Shown in pieces: positions 1 to 9,576 of a stretch of DNA of 29,942 nucleotides. The stretch comes from Infirmifilum sp. (GTDB lineage Archaea; Thermoproteota; Thermoprotei; Thermofilales; Thermofilaceae). The notes under the pieces are model-generated. The model worked only from the letters and a program-made list of their open reading frames with translations. It made no database searches and was not told the origin of the DNA. Position 1 is the stretch's first letter, and each line of letters starts with the position of its first letter. The position numbers and the translations under genes were made by a program. The stretch lies in contig JBEULP010000096.1 of the NCBI GenBank assembly GCA_041287245.1, forward strand, positions 1 to 29,942, read 5' to 3'.

Positions 1-38
1 CCCATCGAGTACCGGGCGCTCCACCTTACAGATCTCAC
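1..38 (-). CDS. ptsH: 5' end of a gene running off the left edge; probably phosphocarrier protein HPr
   Basis: GTG at 38-36 overlaps the ptsI stop (GTGA coupling) and reads MRSVRWSARYSMG. Gly at codon 13 matches HPr G13-L14-H15 spacing. HPr is the only PTS component otherwise missing. The diagnostic His lies outside the window. Confidence 0.4.
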   Translation of the reverse strand, partial: MRSVRWSARYSM

Positions 39-1753
39 TCATAAAAGCTTATTCCACTCTGATTAAGGATTTTCCGGGCCCACTCCACAACCTCCTCTAC
101 AGTCTGTGTCTGCATTAAGACAGCATGTTCTCTCTCACGGAGTTTTCTCATATCCAGCCTCTTCAAGATATACTTGACCTTCCCGACAAACTGTGGGGAC
201 ACGCTTAAGCTCTCAACTCCTAAGGTAAGCAACACTGGAATTGCCAAAGGCTTAGAGGCAGCCTCACCGCAGACCTCGATTTCAGCTCTACCCTTCACGG
301 AGTTTACGGCTAGAGAAATAAGCCTTAGAACAGCAGGGTTTAGCTCATTGTAAAGGTAGCCTACTAGGCTGTTCCCCCTGTCGGCCGCCAACACGTATTG
401 GGTGAGGTCGTTCGTGCCGAAGCTGATAAAACCAAGCCCGCCCTTCCCCACGATTTCTCCCGCTAGGAGCGCGCTAGCAGGCGTCTCAACCATGACTCCA
501 AGCTCCAAATCCCCTGTTTTTACTCCGGCGGAGCTAAGCCTCTCACGCTCCCGCATGACTATTCTCCTAAAATAGTCCACCTCCTCTACTGTGCTGACCA
601 TGGGGAGCATCAGCCTCACCTTCCCGTGAAAAGAGGCCCTCAGCAACGCGCGTACAAGGGGGAGAAGTAGATCCTCCTCATGCTTGAAGAGAAGCCTCGC
701 CCCTCGAAGCCCCAGTTGAGGGTTCTCCTCACTGGGCAGCTCGATAAAGGGGACAGGCTTGTCGCCACCTATATCGGGAGCTCTTACGGTAAGAGGCTTC
801 TCGCCCAGTATTTGGGCGGCTTTCGAGAAAAGGTTGTATAGCTCCTCCTCATCTGGAGGGGAGGAGCGCTCCATATAGACGAATTCTATCCTGAAGAGCC
901 CCACCCCGCCGCACCCGTATTCGCCGAGAATTCTCAGCTCTTCAAAGCTTCCCACGTTGCAGTAGACGTTGACTCTAGACCCGTCCAAGGTAACTGCGTC
1001 GCTCTTAGCCTCTTGCGTAAAAGCCCTTAAGAGCATCTGATACTCTCCTGCCATACGAGCATATCTTCTTAACTCTTCACCGCTCGGCTCCACAACGACG
1101 TATCCGTTCAGACCATCTATCACAGTGTTTGCACCCTCGGTGACGCCTTCAAGGCGCAGGTTTCCAGCTATAACGTACGGTATTCCCCTTAGACGGGCTA
1201 GGATTGCTACATGCGACGTGACGCCGCCTTCTCTGGTTGCCAGCCCCTCAAGGCCGCTATTCGCAAGCTCTAGAAACTCGATGGGGTCTACCTGCTCTGC
1301 AAGGACTATCTTATATTCCCCGCCTATGCCCCTAGACCCCTGCCCCTTTATCAGGAGAACCAGTCTTGAAGCGAGGTCCTGTAGATCCTGGGCCCTCATG
1401 GCGAAAAGCTCGCTGCCCTGCCTGAGCATATCGCTGTACTTCTGGTATACCTGCCGCACAGAATACGCCGCGGTGTAGCCGGCGTTTGATATCAGATCAA
1501 GAGACTCGGAGATTATCGAGTCAAGCATTAGAAGCTGCGCGTCTACAATCTCCTGCTCCTGTCTAGGAAGCAGGCTCTTAATCTGTACAAGCCTTTCCTC
1601 CAGGGCTCTACCAGACGCTCGAAGCTTCTCAGCTTCAGTCTCCGGTTCTCTAGTCTTCTCCTCAGGGATGCTACCTAGAACATCTACTCTCTTCAATACG
1701 TGGGCCTTGCCAATCGCGATTCCAGGTGAGGCAACAATGCCTTTTGCTTGCAC
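35..1753 (-). CDS. ptsI: PTS Enzyme I (phosphoenolpyruvate-protein phosphotransferase)
   Basis: 572 aa with phospho-His motif GGVTSHVAILAR, plus GVGLFRIEF, DIGGDK, EENPQLGLRG, GVMVETP, SFGTNDLTQY and VCGE. Confidence 0.97.
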   Translation of the reverse strand: MQAKGIVASPGIAIGKAHVLKRVDVLGSIPEEKTREPETEAEKLRASGRALEERLVQIKSLLPRQEQEIVDAQLLMLDSIISESLDLISNAGYTAAYSVRQVYQKYSDMLRQGSELFAMRAQDLQDLASRLVLLIKGQGSRGIGGEYKIVLAEQVDPIEFLELANSGLEGLATREGGVTSHVAILARLRGIPYVIAGNLRLEGVTEGANTVIDGLNGYVVVEPSGEELRRYARMAGEYQMLLRAFTQEAKSDAVTLDGSRVNVYCNVGSFEELRILGEYGCGGVGLFRIEFVYMERSSPPDEEELYNLFSKAAQILGEKPLTVRAPDIGGDKPVPFIELPSEENPQLGLRGARLLFKHEEDLLLPLVRALLRASFHGKVRLMLPMVSTVEEVDYFRRIVMRERERLSSAGVKTGDLELGVMVETPASALLAGEIVGKGGLGFISFGTNDLTQYVLAADRGNSLVGYLYNELNPAVLRLISLAVNSVKGRAEIEVCGEAASKPLAIPVLLTLGVESLSVSPQFVGKVKYILKRLDMRKLREREHAVLMQTQTVEEVVEWARKILNQSGISFYE

Positions 1754-1985
1754 ATGTTTGAGGGTCGTCGCGGGTAAAAAAGCTTATGGAACAACTTGAA
1801 ACGATAAGTTTTCCCTGCTTGTACTAATACACCGTTAGTGTTTCAATGCTACTTATCCCTGGCTGTTCCTTTTAGTAGGCCCGGGTCTGCTTCCAGCACC
1901 GGCGGAAGGATGGGGGCTTAAGCCTGTAAAGGGCATTGTTACAGAACCTTTTTTACCGCCCCGGACTCTTATTATCTCGATTGCA

Positions 1986-3134
1986 ATGCGGGTTGTCATT
2001 AAGGGGGGGAGGGTTTTAACCCCGTATGCGGATTTAGGAATAAAGGATGTTCTCATCGAATCGGGGAGGATAGCAAAGATAGGTGACGGTCTGGTCGGGG
2101 ATAGGACAATCGATGCATCGGGGCTCCTCGTGGCTCCCGGCTTTATAGACACGCATTTCCACGGCTACGGGGGCGTTGACTTTACGCTTGCCAGCCCAGA
2201 AGAGATTCTGGAGGTTTCTCGCCGGATCACAAGGCACGGCGTGACAGGCTTCCTCGCCTCTGTAGTCGCAGCTCCCCACGACACCTTGCTTAAAGCCTGT
2301 ACGAGTATAGCTGCCGCGGCCTCGGGTTGGAGGAGTCATGTGGGGGCGCGTGTCATAGGCGTGCACCTTGAGGGCCCTTATCTCAACCCCCAGAAGAAGG
2401 GGGCTATGGACGCTAAATACTTTAAACACCCATCCCCCCAGGAGCTGGTTGAGTTTGCCGATGCCTCGAAGGGGTTCCTTAAACAGATTACTGTAGCGCC
2501 AGAGCTTCCCGGCTCCGAGGAATTTATAAGGGCTGCGGCTTCTCGCGGCATCGTCGTCAGCCTAGGGCATAGTGAGGCGACCTTTGAGGAGGCTTTGAGG
2601 GCCGTGTTGGCAGGTGCTTCAAAGGCTAACCACATTTTCAACCAGATGCGGCAGTTCCACCACCGCGAGCCGGGTCTGGCTATGGCGCTTCTAGAACAGG
2701 AGAATGTCTACATCGAGATGATTTCCGACTTTATACACCTTCACCCTGGGACGATGCGGTTGGTCGCCAGGACAGCAGGTCCAAGCAGGATCGTTTTAAT
2801 AACTGACGCGGTCGCCGCGACAGGACTCCCAGATGGCGAGTACACCCTGGGAGGCCTCAAAATCATCGTGAAGAACGGGGTTTCGCGTTTACCCGACGGT
2901 ACGATAGCGGGAAGCACCCTAACCCTTGACAGAGCAGTTGCAAACATGGTTAAACTAGGTTTTTCCGTGGCGGACGCGATTAGAATGGCGTCCACAAACC
3001 CTGCACAGAGCCTGGGGCTAGGCAGAGAGTATGGCGCCATTGCGCAAGGCTATGCCGCGGATCTCGTTCTCCTGAACGAGAAGCTCGAGGTGGAGAAAAC
3101 CCTAGTGGAGGGCGTTGAAGTCTATAGTAGGTGA
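1986..3134 (+). CDS. nagA: N-acetylglucosamine-6-phosphate deacetylase
   Basis: PGFIDTHFHG, HLEGPY, TVAPE, LGHS, HIFNQM, ITDA, IAGSTLT and NPA motifs. Confidence 0.95.
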   Translation: MRVVIKGGRVLTPYADLGIKDVLIESGRIAKIGDGLVGDRTIDASGLLVAPGFIDTHFHGYGGVDFTLASPEEILEVSRRITRHGVTGFLASVVAAPHDTLLKACTSIAAAASGWRSHVGARVIGVHLEGPYLNPQKKGAMDAKYFKHPSPQELVEFADASKGFLKQITVAPELPGSEEFIRAAASRGIVVSLGHSEATFEEALRAVLAGASKANHIFNQMRQFHHREPGLAMALLEQENVYIEMISDFIHLHPGTMRLVARTAGPSRIVLITDAVAATGLPDGEYTLGGLKIIVKNGVSRLPDGTIAGSTLTLDRAVANMVKLGFSVADAIRMASTNPAQSLGLGREYGAIAQGYAADLVLLNEKLEVEKTLVEGVEVYSR

Positions 3135-3138
3135 CAAC

Positions 3139-4968
3139 ATGGGCGGGTTTTTCGCGGCAGTCTCCCGTTCTAATACAAACGTTATCCCGAAGGTCATAGA
3201 GGGCCTGAAGAGGCTACGGTTTAAGGGTTATGACAGCACGGGAGTCGCCTTAGTGCAAGATGGCGTGCTAAGCATCCACAAGGACGTGGGCTGGGTTGAC
3301 CTCGTCGTCGAAAAGCTCGGCTTAGAGAACCTCACGGGCAGCGTTGCTCTGGGTCACACTAGATACGCTACTCACGGTAGGCCTACTACGGAAAACTCTC
3401 ATCCGTTTTCAGACTGCTGGGGTAGGGTAGCGGTGGCCGGGGACGGCTCTCTAGGGAACTATGAGAGGCTGAAAGACATGGTTCTTATGAGCGGCCACAA
3501 GCTGCAGTCTAGGAGTGATTTCGAGCTGCCTGCGCACCTCCTAGAAGAAATGTTGGAGAAAGAGCAGGCCTTACAACAGGCTCTAGCCAGCCTCGAGACA
3601 CAGCTCGAGGGGTTTTACTCGCTGGCTGTGTTGGAGGCGTACACGTCGAAGATCGGAGCATACTCGAACTCGCTCCCCCTTTATGTCGGCGTATCGAAAG
3701 ACGCTTTCTACCTTACAAACGTTATGACTGCTCTCGCGGGGTTTGCAGAAGACTACATAGTCGTTGACCCCCATGTGATCGCAGTTATCTCTAGCGACGG
3801 TGTGAGGTTTTACAGGGGTGGAGTTGAGCTTCCCACGCCCGTACAACAGCCCCTAAGGGTGGATCCAAGTCTTGTCGACAAAGGCGGTTTCCAGCACCAC
3901 ATGTTACGGGAGATTTACGAGGCACCATTATCGCTTCTAAGATCTCTCTACACGATCCAAGAGAAATACTTGCAGTTGGCTGCGAGGCTTGTATTGGGAG
4001 CGGACAATATTTACATCATCGCGAATGGAACAAGTCTCCACGCCGGAATGGTTGCCTCCTATTACCTCTCAGAGCTCGTAGGTATAAGCCCCGTGGTTAC
4101 AAGTGCGGCTGAATTCCCGCTCTACTATGTTGAGAACGTAGGGCCTGGAAGCCTCGTTATAGCTATATCACAGTCGGGGGAAACTGGAGATGTTCTCTCA
4201 AGCTTATATGAGGCTAAGCTTAGAGGAGCCACGATCCTGGGCCTAACAAACTATATTGGTTCAAGGCTTGCGCGTCTCTCAAACGTTTACCTCCCCATCG
4301 GGGCTGGACCCGAACTTGCAGTCCCCGCAACCAAGACATTTACTTCCACGCTTCTAGTCCTCTATCTTACAGCACTTAAAGCCTCTCAAGAAGCAGGGAA
4401 GACGAGTCCCAGCAATTACCAGGAGAAGATTCAATCAATCAAAGAAACAGCTACCCGTCTCTCCGAGGCGGTTACACGTTTAGATGAAGAGAGCAGGAGG
4501 GCCGTAAAACTCGTTAAGGAGTGCCGAGGAGGATACGTCGTATCTAGAGGAATAACTTACCCGCTAGCCCTAGAAGCGGCACTAAAGCTGAAGGAGGCCT
4601 CATACTTCCACGCGGAAGGAGTAGAGGCTGGCGAGTTTAAGCATGGACCATTCGTCCTCGTCGAGAACGGGTTTTTCACAGGCTTTATTATGCCAGCTGA
4701 AAAACTCTCCGCAGAGGCCACATATCCTCTCATCGCGGCTGCTGTCGACGCCGGCGCCTCAGTAGTGGTTTTCGGATTCGAAGGAGACACAAGTCTATCC
4801 CAGATACAAAGCGATAGATACGCTTTTGTGAAGACACCGGTTACGGAGAGGCACCTAGCGCCTATAGCTTTCTCGTTGCCATTACAACTCTTCGCCTATA
4901 GGCTAGGAGTGGAGCTGGCCAGACCGATAGATACGCCCAGATACTTGACGAAGGCTGTGCTCAGATAA
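3139..4968 (+). CDS. glmS: GlmS-like protein (Ntn glutaminase domain + 2 SIS domains) with degenerate glutaminase site; likely hexosamine-6-phosphate deaminase/isomerase
   Basis: ATG at 3139 follows a GGTGA RBS. GYDSTG, GHTRYATHG, ISQSGET, VPATKTF, ALKLKE, GEFKHGP and PRYLTKAV are present, but the N-terminus is MGGF rather than MCGI. Confidence 0.9.
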   Translation: MGGFFAAVSRSNTNVIPKVIEGLKRLRFKGYDSTGVALVQDGVLSIHKDVGWVDLVVEKLGLENLTGSVALGHTRYATHGRPTTENSHPFSDCWGRVAVAGDGSLGNYERLKDMVLMSGHKLQSRSDFELPAHLLEEMLEKEQALQQALASLETQLEGFYSLAVLEAYTSKIGAYSNSLPLYVGVSKDAFYLTNVMTALAGFAEDYIVVDPHVIAVISSDGVRFYRGGVELPTPVQQPLRVDPSLVDKGGFQHHMLREIYEAPLSLLRSLYTIQEKYLQLAARLVLGADNIYIIANGTSLHAGMVASYYLSELVGISPVVTSAAEFPLYYVENVGPGSLVIAISQSGETGDVLSSLYEAKLRGATILGLTNYIGSRLARLSNVYLPIGAGPELAVPATKTFTSTLLVLYLTALKASQEAGKTSPSNYQEKIQSIKETATRLSEAVTRLDEESRRAVKLVKECRGGYVVSRGITYPLALEAALKLKEASYFHAEGVEAGEFKHGPFVLVENGFFTGFIMPAEKLSAEATYPLIAAAVDAGASVVVFGFEGDTSLSQIQSDRYAFVKTPVTERHLAPIAFSLPLQLFAYRLGVELARPIDTPRYLTKAVLR

Positions 4969-4975
4969 AGCTAAG

Positions 4976-6217
4976 ATGAACAAGATGTTGAGAGCAGGCT
5001 GTGGAAAAGCAATCATTACCCCCGAAGACCCCAAGGGTCACATCCTAGCGGGGTATATCAGGCGGAAAGGGGTCTCCCTAGGGGTCCACGACGACATCTA
5101 TGTGAAAACGCTAATTCTAGAAACTGGGGAGGAGAAGGTCGTTATAGCTAGCTTCGACCTCCTAGGCATTGACGAGCACCTCTACGAATATTCTCATCAC
5201 GTTGCCCGGGAAATAATGGGGGATGAGACGGTACTACTTGTTGCAGGAACACACACGCACTCAGCCCCCGCTACACCCTTCCAATCCCCCCTTCTTACAT
5301 TCGGCTACAGGGCCTTTAGCAAAGATTATTTTGACTACATCCTGGAATCCTTCGAGGACGCGGTCGTTCAAGCAGAGAAGAGTCTTTCACCAGTTAGATT
5401 ACAGATGACTCGCTCCAAAATACTAGGCGTGGCGACCGACCGTGAGGATCCTTCTCGTGAAATCGATGACATCGCCTCACTAATCGTCATGTCATCTACC
5501 CACGGGGAACGATGCGGCTTCCTACACTACGCCGTCCACCCCACAGTGCTAGGTCCAGACAATCTCTACATATCACGAGACTTGGTTGGCTATGCGGCTG
5601 ATTATCTCGAGAAGCACCTAGGGCTGAAAACCTGTCTTTTCCTAAACGGCGCGGCTGGAAACGTCTCCACAAGATTTGTCAGGCGCCAACAGAGCTTCGG
5701 CGAGGCGGAGCGTCTAGGCACACTGCTTGCAGAACAAGTCGCTGAAAATATTCCGGTTAACTCCCGCGATTGGACGGAAGCCGTCAGCTTGCAAATCCAG
5801 CAGCTCCCCGTGGAGATTAGGCTTAAAGCCCCCCTCAGGAAGCTTGAAGAGGCCTCACAGCTCCACATTGAGCAGCGGCCAGAAGAGGGGAGGAAAGCCG
5901 AAGCTGTTGCCGAAGGCGTCGAGCTAATCCAGCGGCTCGCGGAACTGGAAGATTTTCCCACCCATGCGAGAACGGTGATTTCCTTCCTGAGAATTTCAGA
6001 CATCTTCCAGAGCGTGTGGCTGCCCTTCGAGACCCCGTCAACCCTTTCTCTGGAGCTCCGGGAAGCCCAAGCTATACCTACGCTAGTGGTTTCATACGCT
6101 AATGGCTACTTCGCATACATCGCTCCAAGCCACAGCAAGGGCTACGAGAAGGTTTTTGAGCTTATTGAAGACGAGGACAGAAAGAAAATATTTAAGATGA
6201 TTCGAAAGCTGCTGTAA
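4976..6217 (+). CDS. Neutral/alkaline ceramidase-like metallo-amidase
   Basis: GVHDDIYVK, GTHTHSAP, YAVHPT, ISRD, NGAAGNVS and YANGY motifs; no signal peptide; 7 nt after the glmS-like gene. Confidence 0.75.
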   Translation: MNKMLRAGCGKAIITPEDPKGHILAGYIRRKGVSLGVHDDIYVKTLILETGEEKVVIASFDLLGIDEHLYEYSHHVAREIMGDETVLLVAGTHTHSAPATPFQSPLLTFGYRAFSKDYFDYILESFEDAVVQAEKSLSPVRLQMTRSKILGVATDREDPSREIDDIASLIVMSSTHGERCGFLHYAVHPTVLGPDNLYISRDLVGYAADYLEKHLGLKTCLFLNGAAGNVSTRFVRRQQSFGEAERLGTLLAEQVAENIPVNSRDWTEAVSLQIQQLPVEIRLKAPLRKLEEASQLHIEQRPEEGRKAEAVAEGVELIQRLAELEDFPTHARTVISFLRISDIFQSVWLPFETPSTLSLELREAQAIPTLVVSYANGYFAYIAPSHSKGYEKVFELIEDEDRKKIFKMIRKLL

Positions 6218-6272
6218 ATTTAAGAGGCCGTGTAGCAATGTCCTACACCTAGGCCTGACCCGAACGTCAGAT

Positions 6273-6789
6273 TTGGAAGGAAAATACGTCTTATCTCTCG
6301 ATGAAGGAACCTTTTAAAATGGCTCTGGAGAAGGCTCGTGTGGAACCCAAGGATGTGGCTGCTATAGGCGTCACCAACCAGCGGGAAACTACGATAATTT
6401 GGGATAAGAGGACTGGCAAGCCCGTCTATAATGCAGTGGTATGGCGGTGGAGGAGGACAGCGGAGGTCCAAGTGGCAGAACTAAGAGTCGATGGTGGGGC
6501 CGCTAAAAAACGACTTCCTCATCCAGTTCCAAGCGGATATCCTTGGCGTTAGGGTTATCAGACCGGTGATACTTGAGACTACAACCCTTGGAGCTGCTTA
6601 TCTCGCAGGTCTCGCAGTGGGGTATTGGAAGGATCAGGGTGAAATCGCTAAAATGTGGAAGATGGAAAAGGAATTCCACCCACAGAGGGATGAGGCGACC
6701 AGGGAAAACTCTATGCCGGGTGGAAAGAGGCTGTAAAGAGATCCTTAGAATGGGCTAAAATGCTTAAAGAGATTGGGTTATCCGAATAA
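6273..6789 (+). pseudogene. glpK: Glycerol kinase remnant with two internal deletions and frameshifts
   Basis: Pieces in order: [15 protein letters not shown], then [32 protein letters not shown], then [10 protein letters not shown], then [31 protein letters not shown], then [18 protein letters not shown]..stop. About 170 codons remain versus roughly 500 for intact GlpK. Confidence 0.95.
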
Positions 6790-6824
6790 TTTTTATCAAG
6801 ACCAGGTTTAGGATGTAGGTTAAG

Positions 6825-8333
6825 ATGGAAAGAAAAAGAGTTGTCATTATCGGGGCAGGAGTTGTGGGTGCTTCAATAGCCAGGGTGTTAAGTCAGTTCA
6901 ATGAGTTGGAAGTATACTTGCTAGAAAAAAATCCCGATGCGGGAATGGGGGTAAGTAAAGCCAACACCGGAATTATCCACCCTGGTCATGAGGACAGCCC
7001 GGAGGAAGATCCGCTAAGGGCTAGGCTTTGCGTCAAAGGAAACAGGCTATGGCGGCAATGGGTCAAAGAACTGGGAATACCTGCGAAATTCCCCGGAGAA
7101 CTAATGATAGCGCTGGAGGAAGAGGATATGAAGATCGCAGAGCACTATCTCGAGCTTGCCCAGAAAAATGGCGTCCCGGGGGTTAGGCTCGTAGATAGCG
7201 AGGAATTAGTGAAATTGGAACCTAATGCAAACCCGGGTGCTGCAGGAGCTTTATGGGCGCCTACCGCAGGGGTAATGGCTTCTCCAATGGCAGCCCCTGC
7301 AATAGTGGAAAACGCAGTCGCTAATGGCGTCAAATTTCTTCCAGAAACAGAAGTAAAAGGCATAAAGGTGGGGAACGGGGAAGTAAAGGGTGTAGAAACA
7401 AACAATGGATTTCTTGAAGCAGACATAGTGGTAAACGCAGCTGGTTTGTACGCGGACAAGATTTCCAGAATGGCCGGCATAGATCACTTCACGATACGCC
7501 CAAGAAAGGGGGAATACTATGTGTTTGACGATGATGCTGAGCCAAAGGTCAAAAGGATACTACATCAGACCCCCACACCCAAGTCGAAGGGAGTCTACGT
7601 GATCACCGAGATGAACGATGGGGTTATGATAGGTCCTAGTGCCCAAGACTTGCCCGAAGAGGCTAGAGAGGATACGTCCACTACCAAAGAGGGCCTCGAC
7701 TTTGTTTGGGAATGGGCTCAAAAACTCGTCAAGAAGTTGCCGCCAAAGGACAAGGTCATACGTACGTTTGCTGGGTTAAGACCTGAACCCCCAGGGGCGA
7801 GATGGATTATAGAATCCTACGACGACCCTTGGGGATTTATAAACGTCGCTGGAATAAGATCCCCCGGACTCACTTCGGCACCGGCGATAGCATACTATGT
7901 GGTTGAGGAGCTTATGCAGAAGAAGCTCGATTTAAGGCTTACTAAGAGAGCCCACTGGAACCCTTACAGAAGTGTGCTCCGGTTTAACATGTTGTCAAGA
8001 GAAAAGCAAAATGAGTTGATAAGACAAAACCCCTCTTATGGAAACGTCGTGTGTATGTGTCGGTTGATCACGGAGGGGGAAATAGTAGATGCTATCCACC
8101 GGATGAAGGAAATGGGTGTTAAAACGATAACCCTTGAGGGGGTAAAAATGAGAACTGGAGCTATGGGTGGGACATGCCAGGGGTCGTACTGCCGGGTTAG
8201 AATTGCTAGGATAATTGCCAGGGAAATGAACACGCCTCTTTGGGCAATTTCATTGAGAGGTAAAGGCTCAGAATACGGTATTGGTGACATTAAGGTTCTG
8301 CTAAGGGAGGATGGGGGGAAGAGATATGCATAA
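6825..8333 (+). CDS. glpA: FAD-dependent glycerol-3-phosphate dehydrogenase-like subunit with C-terminal BFD-like [2Fe-2S] domain
   Basis: IIGAGVVG, SKANTGIIHPG, PRKGEY, FAGLRP, GIRSPGLTSAPAIA, CMC...CQGSYC; directly downstream of glpK. Confidence 0.85.
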   Translation: MERKRVVIIGAGVVGASIARVLSQFNELEVYLLEKNPDAGMGVSKANTGIIHPGHEDSPEEDPLRARLCVKGNRLWRQWVKELGIPAKFPGELMIALEEEDMKIAEHYLELAQKNGVPGVRLVDSEELVKLEPNANPGAAGALWAPTAGVMASPMAAPAIVENAVANGVKFLPETEVKGIKVGNGEVKGVETNNGFLEADIVVNAAGLYADKISRMAGIDHFTIRPRKGEYYVFDDDAEPKVKRILHQTPTPKSKGVYVITEMNDGVMIGPSAQDLPEEAREDTSTTKEGLDFVWEWAQKLVKKLPPKDKVIRTFAGLRPEPPGARWIIESYDDPWGFINVAGIRSPGLTSAPAIAYYVVEELMQKKLDLRLTKRAHWNPYRSVLRFNMLSREKQNELIRQNPSYGNVVCMCRLITEGEIVDAIHRMKEMGVKTITLEGVKMRTGAMGGTCQGSYCRVRIARIIAREMNTPLWAISLRGKGSEYGIGDIKVLLREDGGKRYA

Positions 8334-9576
8334 CGACTATGATGTGGTAGTCATTGGAGGAGGGCCCGCCGGGCTAGCTGCTGCGATAAGGGCGAAAGAA
8401 CGTGGCTTAAGGGTTCTCCTGGTCGAAAACAGGGAGACCCTGGGAGGTATACCCCTCCAATGTGTTCACCCCGGATTCGGCCTCCACTACTTTAAAGAGG
8501 ATCTTACAGGAACCGAGTTTATCTACCGCTTCATAAACAAGTTCCTGGATATGGAGATTGAACACTACACCGGGGCCCACGTAGCGTCGATGGAGGTACT
8601 TTCTGACTTAGAGAAAAGATTAACGGTGATAACGTCGAAGGGGGTTCTAGATGTAACAAGCACCACGATCATCTACGCCGCAGGGGCAAGGGAAAGGCAT
8701 CCCTTTGAGATAGGAATTACGGGGCACAGACCTGCAGGGGTCTATACTGCTGGCGAGGCTCAAACAATGATGGACATTTACGGAGTAATGCCGGGTAAAG
8801 AAATCGTCATCGTGGGCTCTGGGGACGTAGGACTGATAATGGCGAGGCGCTTCACCCTAGAAGGAGCCCATGTAAAGGCTGTTATAGAGGCAATGCCCTA
8901 TCCAGGCGGACTGACAAGAAACATAGTACAGTGCCTGCAGGACTTCGGGATCCCATTGTATCTTAGCCATGCCGTTATACGAATTGAAGGGACAAAAAGG
9001 GTGGAAAAAGTTATCGTCGCCAAGGTTGATGAGAACCTGAAGCCGGTGGCTGGGACGGAGAAGGAAATACCCTGCGACACCGTTATAATATCCGCTGGTC
9101 TTGTGCCGTATCTAAAGTTGCTGGAAAAGGCAGGGGTTATGTTAGACCCCGCAACAAAAGGTCCGGTGGTGAATGAGTATCTTGAGACTAATATTCCGGG
9201 AGTATTTGTGGCAGGAAACGCTCTAGTGATAAACGATCTAGTCGATTATGTTGTTGAGCAGGGAGAACTGGCCGCTGAGGGTGCGTATCTCTTTGTGCAG
9301 AACAAAGGGATTCCCACCAAGAGGTGGAAACGGATCGTTAAAGGCAGGAACCTCCGACTAGTAGTCCCTCATTACGTGAGCGGAGACAATGATGTTGTTC
9401 TATACGCAAGAGTTCAAAAACCCGAAGAGAAAGTTAAGCTTCGTTTCCCGGAAATAGACAAGGAGGTAGGGCTCACATTTGTGAGACCAGAAGAAATGTT
9501 GAGGATTCAGCTCAGGAAAGATGAATTGGCACTAGCAAAAGACAAGATATCAATGGAGGTGGTTCCCCATGACTGA
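8326..9576 (+). CDS. NAD(P)/FAD-dependent pyridine nucleotide-disulfide oxidoreductase, partner of the G3P dehydrogenase
   Basis: VIGGGPAG, QCVHPGFG, GARER, GSGDVGLIMARR, GVFVAGN. ATG at 8326 overlaps the upstream stop. Confidence 0.88.
   Translation: MHNDYDVVVIGGGPAGLAAAIRAKERGLRVLLVENRETLGGIPLQCVHPGFGLHYFKEDLTGTEFIYRFINKFLDMEIEHYTGAHVASMEVLSDLEKRLTVITSKGVLDVTSTTIIYAAGARERHPFEIGITGHRPAGVYTAGEAQTMMDIYGVMPGKEIVIVGSGDVGLIMARRFTLEGAHVKAVIEAMPYPGGLTRNIVQCLQDFGIPLYLSHAVIRIEGTKRVEKVIVAKVDENLKPVAGTEKEIPCDTVIISAGLVPYLKLLEKAGVMLDPATKGPVVNEYLETNIPGVFVAGNALVINDLVDYVVEQGELAAEGAYLFVQNKGIPTKRWKRIVKGRNLRLVVPHYVSGDNDVVLYARVQKPEEKVKLRFPEIDKEVGLTFVRPEEMLRIQLRKDELALAKDKISMEVVPHD

Noticed and set aside
1793..1924. 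Short inverted repeats between ptsI and nagA (AACTT..AAGTT, ACTAA..TTAGT, GGCTTAAGCC)
   Set aside because: Arms of only 5 bp, not repeated at the other PTS promoter; compatible with chance
3115..3138. Upstream start for the glmS-like gene
   Set aside because: It overlaps nagA; the RBS and family alignment favour 3139. Neither start supplies Cys1.
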